IMG/VR virus record: IMGVR_UViG_2534681649_000004
Reading direction: 5' to 3' (one strand)
Origin: a virus
Lineage: Duplodnaviria; Heunggongvirae; Uroviricota; Caudoviricetes
Length of the DNA stretch: 8,155 nt
This document shows positions 1 to 5,832 of this stretch, piece by piece (the first letter of the stretch is position 1; each line of letters opens with the position of its first letter). Below the pieces are notes generated by a model that saw nothing but the letters and a program-made list of their open reading frames with translations, was not told the DNA's origin and made no database searches. The position numbers and the translations under genes were made by a program.

Positions 1-16
1 CGAAGAAATGTCGTCT

Positions 17-43
17 TGAGGTGTACTGGCAATAGCGGACACT
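17..43. repeat. IS600-like terminal inverted repeat (orfB-proximal end)
   Basis: TGAGGTGTACTGGCAATAGCGGACACT; pairs with the reverse complement of 1254..1280 (TGAGGTAGCCTGAGTTTAACGGACACT), sharing the TGAGGT terminus and the CGGACACT inner block. Confidence 0.55.
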
Positions 44-59
44 ACCATTTGTTCTTTTT

Positions 60-878
60 TTAAGCAGCCATCTGATGATATTTTTCCCTGAAGGCTGCCG
101 GGGAGATATTCCCCAGACGAGAGTGACGACGCTGACGATTGTAGAAAATCTCAATGTATTCCCGTATTACTGAGATGGCTTCATCCCGGTTATTAAAACG
201 ATAGTGGCTCAGGCTCTCATTTTTCAGCGTTCCCCAGAAGCTTTCCATCGGAGCGTTGTCGTAACAGTGACCTTTACGCGACATTGATGTTTTCAGACCA
301 GACTGCTCCTGTATGACCCGGTAATCGTATGCGCAGTACTGTGAACCTCGATCAGAGTGGTGGATTAGCCCGGCAGGTGGGCGCTGGCTCCTGAGCGCCA
401 TAAACAGGGCTTTACCTGTCAGCTCTTTTGTCATGCGCTCTCCCATGGCGTAGCCGACAATTTCGCACGTATAAACATCTTTGATGCCAGCGAGGTACAA
501 CCATCCCTCCTGTGTGGCAACATACGTCAGGTCCGCCACCCAGACCTGATTTGGTGCTGTAGGAGCGAACGTCTGGTTCAGCAGATTTGGCGCAACTGGC
601 AGATTGTGGTTCGGGTTCGTAGTCGCTCTGAACTTGCGTTTCTGCTTACAGCGTAGCCTTAGCTCCTTACGAAGACGTGCCAGTCGGTCACGACCAACGA
701 TGATGCCATTCTCTGCCAGCTCCGTCTGGAGCCGCCGGGTTCCATATGTTTCGCGAGTGCGGATATGTGCCACCTTAATCTCCAGTTTTAGCCGCTCATC
801 ACTTTGTTTTCTGTCTGAGGGTTCATGCTGTACCCAGTTGTAATAACCGCTCCTGGATACACCAAATACCTGACACAT
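60..878 (-). CDS. IS3-family transposase OrfB (DDE integrase catalytic domain), IS600-like; expressed in vivo as an OrfAB fusion by -1 frameshifting
   Basis: 272-aa ORF with DDE-type motifs (VWVADLTYV, HHSDRGSQY, CYDNAPMESFWGTLKNE). Sits in the -1 frame relative to orfA (codon phase checked by hand). Stop codon TAA at 60..62. Confidence 0.9.
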   Translation of the reverse strand: MCQVFGVSRSGYYNWVQHEPSDRKQSDERLKLEIKVAHIRTRETYGTRRLQTELAENGIIVGRDRLARLRKELRLRCKQKRKFRATTNPNHNLPVAPNLLNQTFAPTAPNQVWVADLTYVATQEGWLYLAGIKDVYTCEIVGYAMGERMTKELTGKALFMALRSQRPPAGLIHHSDRGSQYCAYDYRVIQEQSGLKTSMSRKGHCYDNAPMESFWGTLKNESLSHYRFNNRDEAISVIREYIEIFYNRQRRHSRLGNISPAAFREKYHQMAA

Positions 879-913
879 CGCTTCAATGGGAAATTGTTGT
901 CGCCATTGTTCGA

Positions 914-1216
914 TTAACGCGTATTTTTCAGCGACTCCTGTGCAAAATACGCTGTTGCTTTTTTTAATATATCTCGCTCAAGGCGAGCTTCATTTAACGC
1001 CTTACGCAGTTGCAGAATTTCAGATTCCAGTTCAGCCACCGTGCGGGAACCAGGAGTACCGAGCCCTTTTCTGGCGGCGGTAACCCATTGTCCTAAAGTG
1101 CCTTCAGGAAGGGATAATCGGGAAGCGCCTTCACTGATCGAAAGTTGATTTTCAAGAACCGTTCTGACAGTTTCGGCTTTGAACTCTTTAGAGTAACGTT
1201 GGTTTTTTCTGCTCAT
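914..1216 (-). CDS. IS3-family transposase OrfA (helix-turn-helix DNA-binding and leucine-zipper part), IS600-like
   Basis: 100-aa ORF MSRKNQRYSKEFKAETVRTVLENQLSISEGASRLSLPEGTLGQW..., typical IS3 OrfA. AGGAG Shine-Dalgarno about 7 nt upstream of the ATG at 1216. The ORF overlaps the slippery run. Confidence 0.9.
   Translation of the reverse strand: MSRKNQRYSKEFKAETVRTVLENQLSISEGASRLSLPEGTLGQWVTAARKGLGTPGSRTVAELESEILQLRKALNEARLERDILKKATAYFAQESLKNTR
959..965 (-). promoter_or_regulatory. Programmed -1 ribosomal frameshift slippery heptamer (A_AAA_AAA then G) between orfA and orfB
   Basis: T7 run on the plus strand at 959..965 is A7 on the coding strand, read TTA AAA AAA GCA (L K K A) in the orfA frame. 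A -1 slip enters the orfB frame (phase confirmed). Analogous to the A AAA AAG motif of IS911/IS3. Confidence 0.55.
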
Positions 1217-1253
1217 TATTAGCTCCTTCTGATGCCATTCTATTTCAGGAAGG

Positions 1254-1280
1254 AGTGTCCGTTAAACTCAGGCTACCTCA
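1254..1280. repeat. IS600-like terminal inverted repeat (orfA-proximal end)
   Basis: Reverse complement TGAGGTAGCCTGAGTTTAACGGACACT matches 17..43 at 19/27 positions; element ends in ...CA as expected for the IS3 family. Confidence 0.55.
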
Positions 1281-1456
1281 GTGTGCCAGAGGGGCGTATG
1301 TATCTGTCCAGAATCAGTGAGGCCATCAGTTTGTCTGCTGGTGAAGTGGCCCACCGGTTAATCGTCCCTTCATCGGATATTGACCTGGGGGAGACCGAGC
1401 TTCCGGTGCTCGGCGAGATCACCTGGCAGGCTTATGACCCGGCAAGGAGTAAATAA
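1281..1456 (+). pseudogene. 3' fragment of a phage baseplate J-like (Mu gp47/P2 gpJ-like) gene truncated by the IS600-like insertion
   Basis: Frame open from the IS boundary with no start codon (VPEGRMYLSRISEAISLSAGEVAHRLIVPSSDIDLGETELPVLGEITWQAYDPARSK*). Its stop overlaps the next gene's ATG (TAATG at 1454..1458), implying translational coupling in a baseplate operon. Identity is inferred from synteny only. Confidence 0.45.
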
Positions 1457-2046
1457 TGGATTCGTTACAGGATGATTATACAAAGCTGCTGTACGGACTG
1501 ATGCAGCCGGGGCCTGCATGGTCAGATACCGACGGTGTACTTGACGGTCTGGCACCATCGCTTGTGCGTGTTCACCAGCGGGCTGATGAACTGGTGATTG
1601 AAATCGATCCCGGTCAGTCCACAGAGCTGATTGAACGTTATGAAGAATTGTATGGTTTACCTGATTCCTGTTCCCCTGTCGGAACCCAGACATTACGCCA
1701 GCGTCAGCAACGTCTTGAAGCAAAAGCCAATGTGGCTGGTGGCATAAATGAGCAGTTCTTCCTGGATCAGCTTGAGGCGCTGGGATATACCGGCGTAACG
1801 ATCGAACAGTTCCAGCACCTGGATGCAAGCCCCGATCCGGAATGGGGAGATCGCTGGCGTTATTTCTGGCGTGTGACGTTGCCGGTGGATGCCGGTGCTC
1901 AGTGGCAGACATGCACGGACGCCTGCAACACACCGATCCGGACGTGGGGGGATACGGTTGCGGAGTGCGTGATTAATAAATTATGTCCGTCACACACCGT
2001 CGTTTTATTTTCCTATCCAGATGAGGATGAAGATGCACAGGATTGA
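1456..2046 (+). CDS. Phage tail/baseplate protein, YmfQ/Mu gp48-like (DUF2313-type)
   Basis: 196-aa ORF. Position between a baseplate J-like gene and the tail fibre gene matches Mu (47-48-S-U) and e14 (ymfP-ymfQ-stf-tfa) order. Family assignment from memory; start overlaps the upstream stop. Confidence 0.75.
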   Translation: MDSLQDDYTKLLYGLMQPGPAWSDTDGVLDGLAPSLVRVHQRADELVIEIDPGQSTELIERYEELYGLPDSCSPVGTQTLRQRQQRLEAKANVAGGINEQFFLDQLEALGYTGVTIEQFQHLDASPDPEWGDRWRYFWRVTLPVDAGAQWQTCTDACNTPIRTWGDTVAECVINKLCPSHTVVLFSYPDEDEDAQD

Positions 2047-3240
2047 TACGCTGACTGCGGTAAAAGATAAGTTTGGTCCGGGTAAGAACGGATTTACTGA
2101 CGGAAATCTTCGCACAGGACGTCTTGCTACCTGGCTGAACAGTGCCATGTGGAATGCCATTCAGGAGGAAATCTGTGGTGTCATTGAGAAGGCCGGGATA
2201 GAACTGAATAAAGAAGAACACGACCAGCTATATAAGGCTATATTATTGCTGGTGGGCGGTGCAATTAACGAAGAGGCATTGCTGATAAAAAATAACCTTT
2301 CGGATGTGGAAGACAGGGATGAGGCTGTTGAAAACCTCGGATTAAAACCCACGGTGGATAAGGCAAAAAATGCCGTTCAGCGTGATGGCGACACCATGAC
2401 CGGAGAGCTGAAAATCCGTGGTGTTAATGCGCTGAGGATTTTCAACGAAGCTTTTGGCCTGATTTTTCGTCGTTCGGAAGAGTGCCTGCACCTTATTCCC
2501 ACCAGTGAAGGTCAGGGGGAAAATGGCGATATTGGTCCCCTGCGCCCGTTCACCATTAATCTGCGGACGGGTGAAATATCCATGTCGCATAAAGTGTCTG
2601 TTGGCGGTGGTTCGCAGGTCAATGGTGCGCTGGGTATCGGCGTTCAGAACGCCCTGGGGGGAATTCAATTGCTTTCGGGGATAACGATACAGGTATAAAA
2701 CAAAACGGCGACGGCATTCTGGATGTTTATGCGAATGGACAGCATGTATTTCGTTTCCAGAATGGTGTGGCGATAGCGTTAAAAAATATTCAGGCCGGAA
2801 ATGCTAAAAAATTCACGTTATCCAGCGCCAACAACTCCACGAAAAATGCAGCGTTTTATTTGTGGGGTAATCCATCCAGGCCTGTTGTTGCAGAGCTTGG
2901 TGATGATTCCGGCTGGCATTTCTACAGCCAGAGAAATACCGATGGTAGTATCACATTCGCTGTAAACGGACAGGTAATTCCGTTAAATTACGGAAACTTC
3001 GATGCCCGCTATAAACATCGAACTGAGGGGGTACAGGATGTGCGGTATGGTTATGAAATGTATTACAACCCTGGCAGCAACACCGTTTCATGGACGTTTC
3101 GCTCACCTTCGGGACACGGGTTGTCAGGGATATCGATATCGGATACCGGCCGTAACTCAGCGGATAACGTCAACGGTGTGTATTACCGACCGCTGCAAAA
3201 ACTGATTAATGGCATCTGGTATAACGTAGCGAGTATTTAA
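2033..3240 (+). pseudogene. Tail fibre gene (Mu S / e14 Stf type) split by a 1-nt frame offset in a G6 tract; N-terminal segment 2033..2698, C-terminal segment from about 2662 to 3240
   Basis: N-terminal frame (MHRIDTLTAVKDKF...VQNALGG, likely start ATG 2033 after GAGGA at 2023..2027; the track's 2021 start is in the same frame) stops at 2696..2698. The other frame is open from 2593 and encodes NSIAFGDNDTGIKQNGDGILDVYANGQHVFRFQNGVAIALKNIQAGN...RPLQKLINGIWYNVASI, the conserved C-terminal block of lambda Stf/T4 gp37-type fibres. The two join seamlessly at the G run 2656..2661 if one more nucleotide is present. Confidence 0.75.
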
Positions 3241-3242
3241 CA

Positions 3243-3788
3243 ATGTTGCATTTAAAAAATATTACGGCAGGTAATCCGAAAACCGCGGAACAATATCAGC
3301 TGACAAAACAGTATGATGTCACCTGGCTTTTTTCGGAAGACGGCAAAAACTGGTATGAAGAACAGAAGAACTTTGCCAGTGACACCATAAAAATGGTTTA
3401 CACCGGAGACGGGCGCGTGGTGTGGGTCGGTAAGGATGTGACAGGCATTGAACCCCGTAACGCCAGTGTTATTGAAGTTCCTGATATTACCGCCAACCGC
3501 CGCATTACCGCGCCGGGTTACTGGTTTTACCGCAATGATGAATTTGTCTTTGACTACAGACTCAAAGCGGAAGATGAGCGTGATGCCCTTCTGGCTCAGG
3601 TCAGTGCCCGGACAGGGGAATGGGAAGAAGACCTGCTGCTGGGGCTAATCAGCGACGAAGACCGGGAAAAACTGAAAGCGTACCGTATTTACGCGAAATC
3701 GCTGCAGGCGATGGATTTCAGCGCCATCACTGATAAATCCTCATACAACGCCATTGAATGGCCCGTCTCTCCGGAAGGTTCTTCCTGA
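3243..3788 (+). CDS. Tail fibre assembly protein (Tfa / Mu U / P2 G family chaperone)
   Basis: 181-aa ORF starting MLHLKNITAGNPKTAEQYQLTKQYDVTWLFSEDGKNWYEEQKNF, the characteristic Tfa N-terminus. Starts 2 nt after the fibre gene stop. Confidence 0.85.
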   Translation: MLHLKNITAGNPKTAEQYQLTKQYDVTWLFSEDGKNWYEEQKNFASDTIKMVYTGDGRVVWVGKDVTGIEPRNASVIEVPDITANRRITAPGYWFYRNDEFVFDYRLKAEDERDALLAQVSARTGEWEEDLLLGLISDEDREKLKAYRIYAKSLQAMDFSAITDKSSYNAIEWPVSPEGSS

Positions 3789-3811
3789 TTTAATTTATCG
3801 CGAGAAAAACT

Positions 3812-5080
3812 ATGTCTGTAGTGATATCAGGTGCGCTGACTGATGGCGCAGGCATCCCCATGTCCGGATGCCAGATTATTCTGAAATCCCGTGTAAACAC
3901 CTCAGAAGTGGTGATGCGTACCAGGGCTGATGTAGTGACCGGAAATAACGGTGAATATTCGTTTGAGGCACAGGTCGGAAAATATTGCGTGTATCTGAAA
4001 CGGGACTGGCGCGACGAGTACTGTGTTGGCGACATTGCTGTATACGACGACTCAAAGCCCGGCACGCTGAATGACTTTCTGACTGCCCCCGATGAAGGCG
4101 ACCTGAAGCCGGATGTCGTCAAACGCTTTGAGGAAATGGTGGCGCAGGCGCAGCAGAGCGCCGGGGCCGCAGCCGGAAACGCACAGCAGACGGCGCAGGA
4201 TGTGGCGGCAGCCGCAGGTTATGCCCGCGCAGCAGAACAGGCCAAAAATGACATTGATGCTGCGCTGACCGGCACTCTGAAAATGGCTAACCATCTGTCA
4301 GAAATCGCAGCAGCAGGCGAAAAGGCACAACAGAAGTCCCGGGATAATCTGGGGCTGAAAAGTGCGGCCACGATGGAAGCACAGAGCGACATTTACGACC
4401 GGACAAAAGGCCGTCTGGCGATACCCGGCGCATTCGGCTTTGGGTGTGCTTTTCTGCCTGAAGATGTTATCCGTTTTGACACTAAGAGTGATTTCCTGGC
4501 CTGGGTAAGGAATGCGCTGCCAGGTGAATATTCCGTTGCTGGCCCCTACGACATCATCATACCCGACACACGGTTTGAAGGGGTGCTCAGCATCCGGTGG
4601 ACTGATGCACGCCCTGAGACAACAGAACCGCGGTACAGAGCCAAATCCCTTACTTTTTACGGCATTAACGGCCCCATTTATCACACCCGCTACTGCTACT
4701 GGCCCATATCCAGACTGACTGGCTGGGTGAAAATAAATATAACCACAGAAGATATTATTTACAGAATCGTGGCGAGCTCTGTCCGCAACAGATGGGGAGA
4801 CCCTGACATTGGCGGGCTGATTATTGCTGCGTACCAGGGAGAAGCTGACGGTGATAAAGTCATCAGACTTGTCAGGGGGCAGTCATACAGAGGCTCACGA
4901 CTGGGACCGGTGGGGATTTCAGTGCCCAGTACTCCCACCGGAACGTATATAGCATCCCCACAATTTTTCATTACGGGATGTTCAGAGCATTCATTACCGG
5001 GGTCATATTGCGCCCTGTCCGGGGGGCCGGATGCACATGTCTCTGGCGCAATGCCCGGGCTTTTTATTCGCACATCGTGA
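3812..5080 (+). CDS. Second tail fibre protein: lambdoid side-tail-fibre-type N-terminal domain, Ala/Gln-rich linker, and a C-terminal domain I cannot place
   Basis: 422-aa ORF. N-terminus MSVVISGALTDGAGIPMSGCQIILKSRVNTSEVVMRT...VYDDSKPGTLNDFL resembles the prophage tail fibre N-terminal domain of StfR/lambda Stf (from memory), followed by AQAQQSAGAAAGNAQQTAQDVAAAAGYARAAEQAK and an NLGLK motif. The C-terminal roughly 230 aa are Cys- and aromatic-rich with no family I recognise. Confidence 0.75.
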   Translation: MSVVISGALTDGAGIPMSGCQIILKSRVNTSEVVMRTRADVVTGNNGEYSFEAQVGKYCVYLKRDWRDEYCVGDIAVYDDSKPGTLNDFLTAPDEGDLKPDVVKRFEEMVAQAQQSAGAAAGNAQQTAQDVAAAAGYARAAEQAKNDIDAALTGTLKMANHLSEIAAAGEKAQQKSRDNLGLKSAATMEAQSDIYDRTKGRLAIPGAFGFGCAFLPEDVIRFDTKSDFLAWVRNALPGEYSVAGPYDIIIPDTRFEGVLSIRWTDARPETTEPRYRAKSLTFYGINGPIYHTRYCYWPISRLTGWVKINITTEDIIYRIVASSVRNRWGDPDIGGLIIAAYQGEADGDKVIRLVRGQSYRGSRLGPVGISVPSTPTGTYIASPQFFITGCSEHSLPGSYCALSGGPDAHVSGAMPGLFIRTS

Positions 5081-5083
5081 GGA

Positions 5084-5653
5084 ATGCACCGTGGAAATTA
5101 AAAAATCATTAATCCCCGTTATACCGAAAGTGGCGCAGTAGACTGTGACGTTTTTTTTGACGACAGGGACCAGGCAGTCCCCTACACAGCCACCGCTGAT
5201 GATGTCGCTCCGACGGGTCAGCAAATCTGGCAGGAACTGCAAAGCGGCAAATGGGGTGAGATAGCCCCATTCACTGTGACACCAGAAATGCTGGAAGCGG
5301 CCAGAGAGGCCAGACGTCAGGAAATTGAAGCATGGCGCGCAGAACAGGAGGCGAAGCCGTTCACGTTTGAATGGAACGGTCGTATCTGGAATGCTGGTCC
5401 CGACTCACTGGGCCGCCTGTCCCCGGTAGTCATGCTGGCAAAATCTGTCACAGCACAAACACATATGGCGTGGAGCGATGCCGATAATCAGCAGGTGAAA
5501 CTGTCGATGCCGGAACTGGAAGAACTGGCGGCAGCAATGGTGCAGGCGCAGGTCGATCGCAACGATGAGATTTATCGCCGTCAGCGTGAAATGAAAGAGG
5601 AGCTGAGCGGTCTGGATGATTTGGCTTCAATTCGGGCGTTTGACGTTGAGTAA
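5084..5653 (+). pseudogene. Tail fibre assembly/chaperone-like gene (DUF4376-like C-terminus) with an in-frame TAA at codon 6; alternatively a shorter CDS from GTG 5276
   Basis: ATG 5084 follows GAGG (5079..5082) overlapping the upstream stop, reads MHRGN then TAA (5099..5101). The same frame then runs open for 184 codons to 5653 with no ATG/GTG/TTG before GTG 5276. C-terminal sequence (FEWNGRIWNAGPDSLGRLSPVVMLAKSV...KLSMPELEELAAAMVQAQVDRNDEIYRRQ) resembles phage tail-fibre chaperone domains, from memory. Confidence 0.5.
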
Positions 5654-5769
5654 TGAATAAGCCGCAACTGGCGGAATCACAGAAGACCGCTTTGCTTACC
5701 GAAGCGGAGTCTGTCATCCGGCCGCGGGGGCGTGCTGTCAGGCTGAACAGGGAAACGGATGAATCCGGG

Positions 5770-5796
5770 GAGGCCCGGGGGCGGGCCTCTGTTTTT
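5770..5796 (+). terminator. Rho-independent terminator between the convergent tail-fibre operon and ipaH
   Basis: GAGGCCCG (5770..5777), loop GGGG, CGGGCCTC (5782..5789), then TGTTTTT. An 8-bp GC-rich perfect stem with a T tract on the plus strand; the reverse strand has the same hairpin preceded by A's, so it may act partly in both directions. Confidence 0.55.
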
Positions 5797-5832
5797 CCGG
5801 AGTCAGTCCGGTCTGTGGTTTATGCGATGTGA

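Larger units (their letters stand above)
17..1280 (-). mobile_element. Complete IS3-family insertion sequence, most consistent with IS600 (about 1264 bp)
   Basis: Two overlapping ORFs in the IS3 arrangement (orfA 914..1216, orfB 60..878, orfB in the -1 frame). Imperfect terminal inverted repeats starting TGAGGT at both ends (17..43 and reverse complement of 1254..1280, 19/27 matching by hand alignment). OrfA/OrfB translations match my memory of the IS600 11 kDa and 31 kDa proteins; exact boundaries are +/- a few bp. Confidence 0.8.

Noticed and set aside
604-1083. Plus-strand ORFs 604..843 and 886..1083 inside the IS600-like element
   Set aside because: Antisense to the transposase genes, low-complexity Ser/Arg-rich translations, no ribosome-binding site.
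1232-1456. Track ORF starting at ATG 1232 as a complete 74-aa gene
   Set aside because: The ATG lies inside the IS600-like inverted repeat region; the true reading frame is a start-less 3' gene fragment beginning at the IS boundary (about 1281).
1370-1933. 187-aa minus-strand ORF
   Set aside because: Entirely antisense to the well-supported YmfQ-like gene; no start context; Arg/His/Cys/Pro-rich composition typical of antisense frames in GC-rich coding DNA.
1973-2668. Minus-strand ORFs 1973..2221, 2161..2352 and 2342..2668
   Set aside because: Antisense to the tail fibre N-terminal region; no recognisable motifs.
3002-3648. Plus-strand alternative-frame ORFs 3002..3205 and 3448..3648
   Set aside because: Nested out-of-frame inside the fibre C-terminus and the Tfa gene, both of which have strong family-level sequence signatures in their own frames.
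4341-4366. Second invertase crossover site at the NLGLK motif of the second tail fibre
   Set aside because: The DNA (GATAATCTGGGGCTGAAAAGT) lacks the AAAACC-NN-GGTTT core; the similarity is at protein level only.
3790-5242. Minus-strand ORFs 3790..4122, 4052..4294, 4298..4684, 4759..5073 and 5003..5242, and plus-strand 4512..4718
   Set aside because: All lie antisense or out-of-frame within the second tail fibre gene; no supporting features.
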